Below, piece by piece: positions 27,978-40,860 of a stretch of DNA of 64,000 nucleotides. Both the position numbers and the translations under genes were made by a program. Source of the stretch: Camelus ferus (taxonomy: Eukaryota); the NCBI RefSeq assembly GCF_009834535.1, contig NC_045696.1, positions 84,136,001-84,200,000 of the forward strand. The letters run 5' to 3'. Below the pieces are notes generated by a model that ran no database searches, was not told the origin of the DNA, and saw nothing but the letters and a program-made list of their open reading frames with translations. Each line of letters begins with the position of its first letter. Positions within the stretch are counted from its first letter, which is position 1.

Positions 27978-28550
27978 CATTCATTTGTTCATTTATTCAA
28001 CAAATACATTTTTTGAACGTTTTCCATGTACCAGACACAATGCTGGGTGCTAAGGGCATTTAAGGTTATAAAGGCAGACAAAGTCTTTGCTCTTGTTGAA
28101 TTTGTCATTTAAGGACAAAATGGACAATAAGTAAGTAACTAAATATAAGAGAGTAAGTTTGGATAGTGATGTTGTTAAGGGGTAAGAAGAAAATAAAGCA
28201 AGATAATGTAATGGGAGGGTGACTCAGGGGAGCGTCAGTGAAGGTCTCTCTGATTGTTGAGCTGAATCATGAAAGGTTAGAGGAAGCAGTTACAACTAGG
28301 GACAGAATATTCCAAGGACAGGAAACAGACATGTAATGCTACTGTGGTGGGAACAAGGTTGATATATTCCAGGGACAGCAAGAAGGTCAGTGTTGCTGGA
28401 GCAAACTGAGAGAGCTGCTTGTAGTGGTACAAGGTGAGATTGGAGAGGGTCAGGGATCAGGTCATCTGGGGCCCTGTAGCCTCGGAAAAAAATTTAGGTT
28501 TAAGTGTGAAGGAAGCCTTTAGAAAGTTCAAAGAAGAGATGTGACCCAAT
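27978..28550 (-). mobile_element. L2 LINE 3' fragment
   Basis: cattcatttgttcatttattcaacaaatac...taccagacacaatgctgggtgct is the reverse complement of the L2 3' end. Confidence 0.8.
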
Positions 28551-28849
28551 GTATCCATATATGTTTATTGTCACTAACTCTTTTAAGCAAATGACTCTCC
28601 ACTATTTTAAGTTAAGTTGTTGGGCCCATAAGGCAAGAAGTTTGAGGCTTGAGATCCCACATAACACCCGTGTGGGAACTTGAAGGTGCTTTAAGATAAG
28701 CTGTGTATTTGAATAAACAAATTTCCTTTATAAGGAATCTCCCATAGACTCTGGTCACAAACCACAGGAATCTCAACACACTGGTCTATCTGTCTCAGTA
28801 AGAACGCTTCACCCTTCACAATCGCTCTGTGGTAAACTGCACTTTATGG

Positions 28850-29320
28850 CAAGTCTGTTAGCCAGGGTTCAGGGAAACCAACAGGATCATATATTGAAAT
28901 GTATAACAAGGAATTGCCTTATGGGATTGTGAGGGCTGGCTGAGCAGGTCCAAAATGAGTAGGGCTGAGTCAGGAAGGAAGATCATGGGCTGACTGGACA
29001 GAGGCTAGGGTTGTCCCCAGGCAGCTAAGAAAGGAAGAGAACAGAACACTATGGGCACAAGCAGAAACCTTTGTCCAGGGCTGGAATTTCTTTTCTCTCT
29101 TAGGAAGCCTCAGTCCTGCTTTTAAGGCCTTCCAACTGATTAAGTCTGGCTCACCCAAATTATCCAAGATAATCTCCCCTACTTGGAGTCCATTGATTAG
29201 GGATTTTAATTACAGCTGCAAAACTTCTTCAGAGCAACACCTAGATTAGCGTTTGATTGAATAATGGGGGACTCGAAAGAGCCTTGCCAATTTACTGCAT
29301 TGAGAAAACAAGTCATCATA
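28850..29320 (-). mobile_element. MLT2-type ERVL LTR
   Basis: aggccttccaactgatt...gataatctcccctactt...agcaacacctagattagcgtttgattgaataa. Confidence 0.8.
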
Positions 29321-30559
29321 GCAAGGTTAAAGACATTCTTTTATAATCTTAAACAGTTTCAATAAATGGTTTCTTACATGTATCACAATCCATTGCAGAC
29401 TCACTCATATCATATGAAAATAAGTATTCCATTAACCCATGGATGTTGTTACTCTGAATAGTAAGAGGAATTAATTACCGTTATTCATTTAGAAGATATT
29501 AAGCTATTGACATCTTTTTTGCCACATAAAGGAGAATTAATGTAGGTTAAATTTTATAAGCCTTAGCTCCAAAGACCCTTGTGAGTATTAGGAGTTGCTG
29601 GGAGTTTTAGGGTGTTCTAGGTGAGGAGAGGAAGCCAGGTGATAAGCAGGAATCATTTCCAGGTAAGCATTTCAGGTGCCTTTTCTAAAAGACATCTGAG
29701 AAGAAGCAGACTCACCTCTACCAACCTCTAGTAATTTGCTGAGATATGTCTTCTCCTTCTAAATAGCCACTTTATGAATAATTTCTTATGTACAATTTTA
29801 TATTCATGTTCTTAAAGAAAGCTCCCCAAATTGTAAGCTGCAGGTCCAGGAAATAGGGATCCACTCTTGTATATGCATTTTTTTATCACTTGTTTTTTAA
29901 CTCAAAAAATAAATTATCCCAGTAAGATTGTCCTTCTCAAGATCTTACAAAGCCCTATTGGTTAGTTATTGAGTTAATTGTCCTGCAACCCAGTCAATTA
30001 CAATGAAAATTCCTCAGCTATTTGAGAGACAAATTTCAGCAAAACAGCTAGAGTTTATTTCAGAAGTAGTATTTTGGCTTTCATAGTGGACCTCGGGAGA
30101 GCTCTAAGGTATTCAGAATGCCTCGTGATTCTGAGGTGCTTATCTGCAGTCAGAGGACAGACTCAGCTGCTCACGCCCAGAAATCCACACCGTCTTGTGC
30201 TGCTGGTATTGGGCCAGTGGAAAGTGTTTTCATTTGTACCTTTGCTTAGGAGATAGGTCCAGGTTTCACTGTTGTCTTATTAAAAAACAAAATATATTCT
30301 TACATGAAAAACATATTCATACTGGGCAAATATTAAAACATATAAAAATTATTCAGTGAGAAGTCTCCCTCCGTTCTATGAGGCTGAACTGTTTAGTTCC
30401 CACTTCCACGTATTTCTGGCGACCACCACTACGAGTTTCCGTGTATCCTTGGAGGGTTTCTGCAGGCATTTATTATTTTTGATTTCAATCCTTGCTTTGT
30501 TTTGATTTTGATTTGCCTGCTGTACTTTTCCAATCTGTTTATTTCAAAAATTCGGAGTC

Positions 30560-32500
30560 CCTTTATTTCACATGTGTGTTGGATTTTGCTTTTGATCCAA
30601 CTGAAAAATTCTTTTTTAAAAAAAATCATGAAATTGAGCACATTTAAATCTGTTAATATGTTAGACATTTTGGTTTTGTATTCCTCCTACTCTTTTCTGC
30701 TATTTCTTGTTTATATATTTTTTGAAGTTTTCACTGGACCTGTAATCTGTTTCTTTGTTTTTATTGTTTTTATTTATTGTTATACATTTGTTCTGGTGGT
30801 ATCTTTATACCCATAGCTTCATAAGATTCTTCCCACCCTTTATTTTTCTAAGACAGTCATGATTAGATCCATGCTGATTGATGATAAAATGAGCATGTTT
30901 CCTCATTCCCCTGCCCCTCTTCCACCGTACAGTTTTATCCAATAATACGACCTTTCTTTGTGCTTTTATTTTGTGAAGTTTGCTTACACTACGGTTACTT
31001 GACTTGTCAGTTTAAGTCCTTCGTCTCTTAGCTGTTACTGATGTATCACGTCTTCTTTCTTACTCTCCCAACTTTTGTGAATTGTATCATTTCTACATCA
31101 TCAGGCATGTGGCGTTTCTAATTTGTCATCACTTTTATGTTTAGATACGTTCGGTGCTTACCACCTAATCTTTCCCCCAATTTTCCTCAGTCATTTCTCA
31201 GTTTACATTATAGTCGTTTCCTCAAAAAGGACTCTTGGGAACAATAGTCCCTGAATTCCCTGCATGTTGAAGCTGTTTGTGGTTTTCAGATTTGAGGGAC
31301 TGCTTGGATGTTTATCATATTTGTACCTCTCATGTTCTCTCCTTGTTTATCTTGTGGGTGTTATTCTCTCTACTGTCCACTGGTATTGATCACTGCTATG
31401 AAGATATCGAATGCAGGGCATGTGTTTCTCTCCTTTTGAGTGAACTGATCATTTTGTTTGGCTGCCAAGTGATTGTCTTAAAAGTCTAGCGACTTGAAGA
31501 GGATATGCCTTATTTTTGACTATTCTGAGTCTGTTATTTCTAGTACACGGTTTATCCTTTTTTTTCTCTCGGAGAGACAAAAGTTAGTTCTTTTATTTAT
31601 ATCCTTTTTGCCCCCAACTCCTTCTTTCCACTAGAGATCTCTCCAAACTCCTTCCTTGTCACAATTTTAAAAAATTGTCTCAGGCCAATAACAAAGATTG
31701 GCTGTCTCTAAGCTATTAAATTATACCAAGAAATACCACATATACCAAGAAGTAAAGAGACTGAGATTTTGGCAAAGTGAAGACATATTAATAAAACTGT
31801 GATTGTGTTTGGAAGTGTTACCAAAACTACAGATGCAAGACTGAAGTTTCTGCAGGTTCATCAACCATTTAAAAGTTCCAGAATATGTGCTCTAGGCTGA
31901 ACTGTGTTCCCCCAAATTACCAACCCCCAAGTATCCCATAAGGTGACTCTCTTTGGAGATAGATAGGGTCATTAAAAAGGTAATTAACAGTATGTCATTT
32001 TTATATATGTCAGGGTGTCTCTTACTTGAGGAAAGTTTTGTTACATGATACCTTAAAGTATTTCTGCTTAATTTTTCTTTCTTAAGGACTCACCCCATTT
32101 ATGCATTTGTTGGATCTTTTTTCAATATCTATTATTTCCCTCTCTAATTTGTTCTCTCTTTAATTTTCACCTTATCATGTTTGTTTTTCTCACTCGATTG
32201 TTGTTTCCCATTGTGTTGCACGCAGTCTGTTCTCACCTGTGGTATTTTTCCTGCATTCTGCCAGCCAACATTTCTTCACTTCCCGTTGCATCTTCATCTC
32301 TTCCCTGAGTTCTTTTACTTTTGCTCTGTGATCTGCCTTTCACAGAGGCAGGTAATTTATCAATTTTAAAGCTAAGCTTGACAAAATGCTTCGTAACACT
32401 ACTTGTCTGTCCAATGGCAACGTTTTTCTGATGGTGAGCCACATATTGATTAGTTTTGCTGCTCTTTTAAAATTTTGTTTTGGTTTGTTTTTAATTTTGC
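30560..32500 (-). mobile_element. Old L1M internal fragments, interrupted at about 31558-31986
   Basis: Long T-rich tract with tcttgggaacaatagtccctgaatt and tgtcaccacttt-like old L1 motifs. Boundaries approximate. Confidence 0.55.
31886..31987 (+). mobile_element. MLT1 (MaLR) LTR 5' fragment
   Basis: tgtgctctaggctgaactgtgttcccccaaatt...gtgactctctttggagatag...ggtaattaa. Confidence 0.7.
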
Positions 32501-32998
32501 TTATAATACATTTGTGTCCATGCTATGCTAGTTTTTTTTTTAGTTTACCCTTTTAATCAATTAGCTTTAATGAGTTTGGTGCTCTTAGACGTGAAATTTG
32601 TGGTAGGTCCTCGGGTGGGAGCTTGGGATGTGGGATTAGTGTGGCCTTCAAGTTTTACAGCCTCCAGAGGTGGGCTGCTTTTAGCAGAAAATGGCTCGTA
32701 GGTGTGATTCTTTATATAGTCCTGCCTCATGTGTTTCTCTGAACCGAGTGAGTTTGGGGGCAGCTTTTGCTGCCAGCCTCGTTCACTTCTGTGTAGCAGC
32801 CATAGATACAAATGAAAGATAAAGCATTTGGACCAGGGGGTGAGTCCCTCATCTTTAGTGACCATCTCTTTGCTAACGCTTTCTGAAACGCTACTGCTGG
32901 ACTTCTTACACCCCACACTTAGCGGTTTATCCTGTGTAACTTCTGCCCAGCCTCAGCTGTCTGGCTGCCCTTCTTCATGTTTTGTAGGCTGCAGGTTA

Positions 32999-33085
32999 CT
33001 GAGTGTGGAAATTGTTCGTGGGGTTTTGCTGAGTGTGGAGATTGTTCATGGGGTTTTGCTGAGTGTGGAAATTGTTCATGGGGTT
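32999..33085. repeat. 30-bp minisatellite, about 2.9 copies
   Basis: Unit ctgagtgtgga(a/g)attgttc(g/a)tggggttttg. Confidence 0.95.
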
Positions 33086-34207
33086 ATTTCACCTTGTTTT
33101 CCTGGTTATTCTTATATAATATTCCAAGAGCAAAAGGGGCAAGATACTGACTTATCCAGTCATGTTTGTATGAGAGGTGAAGTGTTTTGTTTTTTGTTTT
33201 TTTTAAGTACAAATATAGAAAGATGCTTCTGTACTGTGAAATTATTCAATATGTATGTAGTTCCCTTATTTCATATTTCTTGGCTTGGCATTTAAAGTGC
33301 TCCCCATTCCAGCTCCAATCTCATTCTACTTTCCTCTCCTGTATATATTTTACACTTATGTTAAATTGTACTGAATTATTCAGAGTTACCTGTAGAGCAG
33401 CTCCTATTTCTCCGTACTTTTATTCACTTTGATCCCTCGAGCTGACATTTCCTTTCCTCCTTGTAAACCCTTCCTCATCTCCATGGTTCTCACCATCAGT
33501 GAAAATCCTCTCTGGGCTTCAAGATCTACGCAAATAGCATCCAGTTCTTAAAGCTTTCCCTCTGATCTCTGCATATTGTTATAATCCTTTTATAGGTTTA
33601 ACCGTAATTTACATTGCTCAGATTCTCTTAGCATGGTATCCTGGTATATCTGATATTTTGGTTATTTGGCTACTGCTCCCATTTTCTACCAGTTGGAAGG
33701 AAGCCTGTGACTTAGTCATATTTGTGTCCCATTTATGCCTGAGCGCAGAACGTGGTGCATAATATATATTCAATAAACATTTGTTGAAATGACAATATTT
33801 AGCAAGAGGCCAAAATGGTTTTTTTTGAATGCCTGGCATAATTTCCTCCTGCTTCTCCCTGATGCACAATATAGCCGTTCGCCGGGATAATTTGGTTCCT
33901 TTTTCACTGAAGCCACAGGTCCCTGCAGATCAAAGTATCTTACAAGGATGTGATTGCAGATGCACTTGTTCAGTCATGCAGACAGTCAGACTGTGTTTGG
34001 ATGATTTTAATTGTCTTATTTCAATACAGAATAATTTGTTCTTGGCTCTTTTATGAGTATTTGATAGCTGTTAAGTAGATTAAAAAAACAAAAATGGAAA
34101 ACAGAAGCTTCTTTAGTCTTTTACTGTTAAGTGGTAGGTCTATATCATGGTATAAATACATTAATAGAACAAACACTGTTAAAAGTTAACTTTTAAATTT
34201 AAATTGA

Positions 34208-34510
<303 letters not shown>

Positions 34511-34520
34511 TTGAAAGGAA

Positions 34521-34526
34521 AATAAA
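34521..34526 (+). terminator. Putative WDR49 polyadenylation signal AATAAA
   Basis: AATAAA 10 nt after the stop codon, with T-rich sequence further downstream. Confidence 0.65.
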
Positions 34527-36503
34527 ATATTTCATTGTCACATAAAGTGTGTATATAAAATGCAAAAAAAAAAAAAAGGAATCAAGAATTTTGCTCCTTT
34601 CTTTTACTTTCTATTTGAACTTTAGGAAGCTTTATTTTGAAACAGTGTTTTAATACAGCTTTTATCCATCACCTTTCACTTTCTTTGTATTCTTTGTAAA
34701 GGAAAAATATGACTATAGAGGGGGCAGTATCAATTGGTATTATCTCAGGTGTTTTTATATAAAATGTACAATTCCAGAGCAAAGTATTCTAACCAGTCAG
34801 ACTTCTTTTTACTCCAATAGCCAAATGCTTTTGGCCAATTTGCATTGTAAAGTCAATTTGCATTGAAATTAAACATGTACTGATGGAGTGAATATCTACA
34901 AACTTGACTAAGAAAAGCATTTCACCTTATTTACAGTTTCTTAAAAAAGGGTTTTGATAATGCAGTGAAACCTGTCAATAGCAGCTCTTGCTATTAACTC
35001 AGTGACTTATAGCCATTCTTCTATGTGCTTATTGAGAAATTACTACATATGTTCTCCTTCTAAACTTTGTTATGCTGTACTCTAAAACTGAGTGGCCTTG
35101 CACAACCAAAGAGGTAATAGCCTCGAAGGAAAAAAAGGGGTTGTGTGAAAGGCTCATTCTATGTGGAAAGTCAAGTAGGGAATGTTTATTATGAAACACA
35201 ATACATTACTTTTTGATCTGCTTTTCTTTATAAAAATCATCATCACCAAGCAACCAGTATTCTTATGATGCTTTAATTATTGCATCCTGTAGGAATCATT
35301 AGTAAATTCATTCATATAACATTAGATTTTTACTATACATTTGCATTTTAAAGAGTCCTTTCAAAAATATATGTATTTTAAGAATTTTGCAATAACACAG
35401 GCAAGTAAAGGAAATGATTGACAACATATAGGGGCCTAGTCTGTTTAGTAACTGCAAAAGTTCACGTTTAAGCCTCACAATAATTACATATAAAGATATG
35501 TATTTTTAAGGTTAAAATCTGAAATTTGGACACTTTAGGAGAGTGCCCAATTATTGATGGCAGAGTTGGGATTGGAGTCTAGGTCTGTTTTAGTCCAAAA
35601 AACATGGTTTTCACCCTTCACTATTCTGTTCACTTGTTTCTTATTATATAAAGTCAATGGAATAAACTCTAACAGTAGAATTTCCAGCATCAGTAGAGCA
35701 TATGTCTGAATTTGATGGAGAGGGTGCAGAGGAAAGGTTTTCAGAAGACAGTTCACTGTTCCATCACCTTTAAGTGAATGCTGAGCCAAATTTTGCAACT
35801 TTTATGAATATTACTTTTCCTTCTCATTGAATAACAGTCACATATGGGAAAGATGTAGGATGTAGGAGAAAAATTCTTGAAAGAATCAATCTCAACAAAT
35901 GTTGGAGAATGTTGTCAGAGAGGTGAAGGCCCTGGAAACCATGTTCAAGAGGAACAAATAAATAAATGGGGAGGTCTGGCTTAAGAAAGAGAATTCATAG
36001 GATATATAAACTATTCTCAAATATTTCAAAGCTGTAGTGAAGAAAGAGTAGAAGCAGAACTGATGGGTCCAATTGTAAGAAGGCAGATTCTAGAGTAGCT
36101 TACAATCCCTGTTAAAACATGAAAAGATTTCTTATTTCCCCTTTCCTTCCCATCTTCACTTCTCATCTTGGTGCAGAACTGTTGGCAGCAGGCCAACTGC
36201 ATGGCTAGGAAAGGAAGTAACAATTGCCAAGAGAAGACCCACCAGAGATAAGCCTACTGGACCCAAGAGTATGGGAGGGGTGACTGGGAGTGGGAATTAG
36301 TGGGTGGGAAGGCAAAGGGATGAGTGGAGGAGATGACCATCATGGTTGAGAGACTGGTTATATTGGGCAGATAAATATTGAATAAATAAATGGATAATTA
36401 GTAGATATATTGAGAATGAGAGCTGGGTATCTCACTGTTACAGACAGTCTTTATAAAAACTGAAAGGGAGTAAACTAGAAAGAATCCTGAGATTTTGGAT
36501 TGG

Positions 36504-36982
36504 TTTGATAATTTTCTTTTGTATTATCTTGGTTTCTTTTTGGTTTTCGTGACTCTCCTGTATGCTTTTGATTTGTGGTTACCCTGTTTTTCAAGTATAT
36601 TAACCCATTATTACTATATATCTGTTTGCTTTAAACTGGTAGTCATGTAAGCTCAAACACATCTTAAAAAGAATGAAAAAAAGAAAAAAACTATATATTC
36701 TTGCTCCCCACTCCAACCTTTTATGATTTTTATGTCCTCTTTTACATCTTCATGTTTATTCCCTTGCAACTCATTGTAGTTTTCTCCTTTCTTTAGCATC
36801 CTGCCTCTTTTTTATTTACAGTAGACTTTTCAATATTTCTTTGAGGATAGGTTTAGTATTGCTGAATTCTTTTAGTTTTTGTTTTTGTGAAATTCTTTCT
36901 CTCTCCATCTATTCTAAAGGATAGTCTTACTGGATAGACTATCCTAGGTTGCAGCTTTTTCTCATTCAGGACTTTGAATATA
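36504..36982 (-). mobile_element. Internal L1 fragment flanked by a 16-17 bp direct repeat
   Basis: tgagattttggattgg at 36488-503 and tgagatttttggattgg at 36983-999. The interior has L1-like aaggatagtcttactggatag...caggactttgaatata. Confidence 0.65.
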
Positions 36983-37646
36983 TGAGATTTTTGGATTGGG
37001 ATTATTGGTGTGAACTCATGATTTTAAACAGATAGATGATAGATGGATAGATGGATAAGAGATAGAATGAAATGTTCAGGAGTGATTGAAAATTGTGTTT
37101 GCAGCTTGTTCTCAAATGATTCAGAGACTGTTATAATGTTTACATATATATATATATGCACACACACAAACACACCACTTACATTTATTTACCCACACAT
37201 AATATATGGGAAAGGAGAAAGAGAGGGAGGGAAAGAGAGATTAGATGCACACATGTGGTGAAATGTTAACAATTGGGGGAAAACAGAGAAGGAGAGAGCT
37301 GGATGGTAGTTCTTTGTATTATACCAGCAACTTTTCTGCAAATTTGAAATGTTTCAAAGAATTATTTTTTTAAAAATGAAAAAATTTGCCTTGGTATAAA
37401 GGGTTCCCTGAGATGTTAAAGCAGAGGCTGAGTAACTCTCACAGGGATATTGCAGAGAATTCTTGCATCAGTTGGAAGGTTTGATTGGACAATCCAGTAT
37501 TTCAAAAACTTAGAGCATATGATCTATGAATTATAGATTGGTGACAGTACAGTGGAGCAAATATGAGCCATATTCCCAGAATTTAAAGGAATATTAAGAT
37601 GTTAAAGAGATAATGTGTACAAATACTTTGCGAAGTCCCTTTTCCT

Positions 37647-37732
37647 CATTCATCCACCCACCCATCCCTCCATCCCTCCATCCATCCTTCCATCCATCCA
37701 TCCATCCATCCATCCATCCATCCATCCATCCA
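37647..37732. repeat. (TCCA)n microsatellite
   Basis: Run of catc/tcca units, degenerate at the left end. Confidence 0.95.
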
Positions 37733-39432
37733 GTTATTGAAAGCACATGCAAAGACTGTTTTAGATGCCAGGTATACATATTTAAATAGAACAAACTTCT
37801 GCCATCAGCTTTCTGAAGTGAAGGCACATAAAGTGCAATGGTTTTTGAAGTAAAGATTGAATGAGCCCATTAGTTTTTCTGTTACAATTTGGAAATTGTT
37901 CTACTAGATTTATTTTACTTTTTTTTTTTTTAACCCCTGGAGATGACTTTGTTTGAAGTGATTATTCTGAAATAGCCTGGTTCGTATAGACAGAACTTCT
38001 CTCTGTAGCTTACTACATGTGTGTGGCACTAGGCTGTGTGTGACCCTAATTCCATCCTTAATTGACTCAGGACCTCTTTTGTGAAAGGAATTAGGAGAAA
38101 CTGTCTCATAATTATATTTAATGAGAATAGAGCTTTTAAAAGTATGAAAGTCTCTTTTAATGTTACTCTAGTAATTTGGAACAAAAACACACACAAAGGG
38201 AAAAATTAAAAGACATTTATTAATTATGTCTTATATCTTCTAGCATCTAATTGTGTAGGCAGGTAGCAGGGTTTTAAGCTTATCAAATGTTAATAGAACT
38301 GAAGACTTTATAAGCTGTTTCTGAAATTAATATTTAGGTTCAATTATTTAAGATCCATTTTTCTGCAGTGAAAGGAACTTGTCACATTAAAATAAGATGT
38401 GCCACAATTTGCAACAGGCTACTTTGTACTATGTAGACTGCACTAAATATAATTTAACCTGTACTCTTTACAGAACATTTTCCTCTTATCACTCAAAATA
38501 TATGGAGCAAACTGGTAGAGAAAAGAATACCTGCAATTAATTCATGCTTCAATGGAAGAATTAACTTATACATCCTTTATTGAGAGCATTTGCTTGTATG
38601 TTTTTCAGTTGGGAATTAGTTATATTTTTACTTAGAAAACTATAAAATGCTAAGAAAGATAATGAGATTGAACCTGTAACCCCTAGTTATTATTTTTATA
38701 CATAGTCAGGTTTATTTTTTACAGTGGAGGTAGTGATGGTGCTCAAATTTATAGCAAGATGCTCTGGCTCCCACTAATGAACATTTGTTTTTTACCTGAT
38801 GCTCTAGCGGCAAACAGAATTATAGAAAGAACAGATTTGTGAAAATATTTAAAAGGTTTGCAGCAATATTTTATGGACAGTTGTTGTATCTTTATGGTCT
38901 ATTAAAAGAACTTAAACCAGGGAGGAGAAATTCATGGCCATTGCTTTTTACTCCCCAAGAGACAGGACAATATACATTCTGCTTGAACTGCCCTAACATA
39001 AGGTTCTTACAGAACAACTTCATTAAGTGGTCTTACCAAGACAGAGTATCTGTCTCTGTCATTGGAAGGAAAAGTAATGGCCTGTTCCTGGGTAAATCAC
39101 ATTATGCTCTGGGTAATGTACAGACATAGTAATTTGGTAGCCAAGGGTACTTGTGATGGATATGTGCTGGTGTCACTGCATGGATAGAAAAGCATTGATT
39201 GAATGATAGTCTTGGACATTCAGACTTATTCATGAATTGCAGAGTAGAACAAGAAGAATGGTAATGTTCTCCTGTGGCATAACTCCATTTTTGGAAAATT
39301 ATCTCCAACACTATGAAGTTGAGGCTGGAATAGAGTTTGCTTATGTTAAAGTAAGTCATATTAGAATAGAAGCCAAGATTTAGGAAACATTTAGAGGTGC
39401 CTAGATGGGAAATTAAGAATTTTAGTAATTTA

Positions 39433-39475
39433 CATTGTAAAATGACTATTACTCAATTAAAAAGTGTTTAAAAAA
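39433..39475 (+). mobile_element. 43-bp L1 extreme 3' end with a perfect 18-bp TSD
   Basis: aagaattttagtaattta at 39415-32 and 39476-93. The insert cattgtaaaatgactattactcaattaaaaa resembles the reverse complement of the L1 ends at 12103 and 62535. Confidence 0.8.
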
Positions 39476-40394
39476 AAGAATTTTAGTAATTTAAGAGATT
39501 ATGGCCTATAATTGTCATCAGGCTTTTCATGCCTGAGTTATAGCCCTGTTAAGACACTGAAAGAGATTAACAGGGTCCTTGAAAACTTTAAAAAAAAATG
39601 AATTCCTTTTAAAGATATCTAAATTAATTTTTTTCTGTCTCATAAATTTATTAGAAATAATATTACATTTAGTGAGCAATAGTGAATATTTGTTTAATTA
39701 AAACTGGACCAAATTTTCCATCTCTCTTCTCAGAGGCCTCTGATGAGTAACATAATGTGTTTAATGTCTGATTGCCATTGAGGTGATTGATTTGAACTAG
39801 AAAAATGAGATCAAAACCCATTCCATTATGCATCCATTTTTTATTAATGACCTCTTTGTAGAGAAAGTCATGTAGAACTTTAAAAGCACATGAAAGTCAC
39901 ACCAATGTTTATTATCTAATTATCTGTGTTTGACAGTATTATCTTGATAATTTGGTAAATCAATAATCTTAATCTGGTGTTTCTGCTCAACATAAAGAGT
40001 GTATTTCTTCAATGTTCATTCTTTTTCCTAAGGATTCAAATGAGCCTTGTATCCACAGGAAACTCCTCTGACTATTGTATAATTTGATGAATTGTTGAGA
40101 ATTCTGTAATCGCAGCAGTAATTTGTCTCTGCATTTTGGACTTGATTTAGCTTTATTCTTTTTCTTGTAGGCATTCTGAAATATTTATGATGGAATACAT
40201 TGGTAATCTGATGTGAGAGTCCTGTAAAAAACAAAAGGACTAATTGCTAGCAAATGTACAACCCCTGGCCTATTCTTTCACATTCTGTTTCTACTTACTA
40301 TAGAAGAAGTGAAATAATGGATGAAATGATAATGAGAACTTAATGATTTTTAAAAATTCTACTGTTTTCTCCCTGAATTCTTGCATATTTCATA

Positions 40395-40540
40395 ATTTAT
40401 CATTAACCTGGTCATGTTAGTCCTTTTATACAAATGTTGTGAACACCTGCTTTGGTTTTAGAGGAATTAATCAAGCAATGTTTAAGATAAACAGAGTTGG
40501 CCTTGACTGATCAGGTGTTCCATGTACTAGTGTTTCCCAG
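40395..40540 (+). promoter_or_regulatory. Putative SERPINI2 pancreatic acinar promoter module (HNF1-like, E-box, GATA, FOXA, NR5A2, PTF1 bipartite site)
   Basis: CACCTG 40444-49; AGATAA 40485-90 overlapping TAAACA 40488-93; TGGCCTTGA (TCAAGGCCA on the minus strand) 40498-506; CAGGTG 40512-17 plus a 15-nt spacer plus TTTCCCA 40533-39. All lie just upstream of a GTAAGT donor at 40593. Confidence 0.65.
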
Positions 40541-40549
40541 CAAGAACAT

Positions 40550-40592
40550 TCTAGTGGTAACACTGCAGTGAATAATCAGAAGCCAGTTTTGA
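40550..40592 (+). other. SERPINI2: Putative non-coding first exon of SERPINI2 (5' end approximate)
   Basis: ...AATAATCAGAAGCCAGTTTTGA|GTAAGT consensus donor directly downstream of the motif cluster, 2 kb upstream of the ATG exon. Confidence 0.55.
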
Positions 40593-40800
40593 GTAAGTAC
40601 TTTAAAATTAAATAGCTTTTGAATGAAGTATGTATGCAATAACATTGACCATGGGTGTTTAATAGAGCAGAGGAACGGCATTTCAGTTCACTTTGGTGGA
40701 GGTATTATTTAAATGTATTAAATTAACACATTACTTTTATTTTCCTTAAAAGATGTCACTATAAATTTGAAGGTCAAATTCTTATAGGACTATTCATCAG

Positions 40801-40860
40801 ATTGCTTAGTTCACCAGTGCTCTGTGCTTTCTGGTGACATACAATCCAAAATGCAATGAG
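40801..40860 (+). other. SERPINI2: Candidate alternative 5' exon of SERPINI2
   Basis: ttcatcag acceptor at 40799-800 and a perfect GAG|GTAAGT donor at 40861. Ends in ATGCAATGAG. Confidence 0.45.

Noticed and set aside
32828..33295. 155-aa ORF with LLSVEIV.GV repeats as a novel repeat protein
   Set aside because: The repeats come from a 30-bp minisatellite. The ORF starts at TTG and has no splice or homology support.
38711..38724. Acceptor-like tttattttttacag between the two genes
   Set aside because: No convincing paired donor or coding signal, and such motifs are common in AT-rich DNA.
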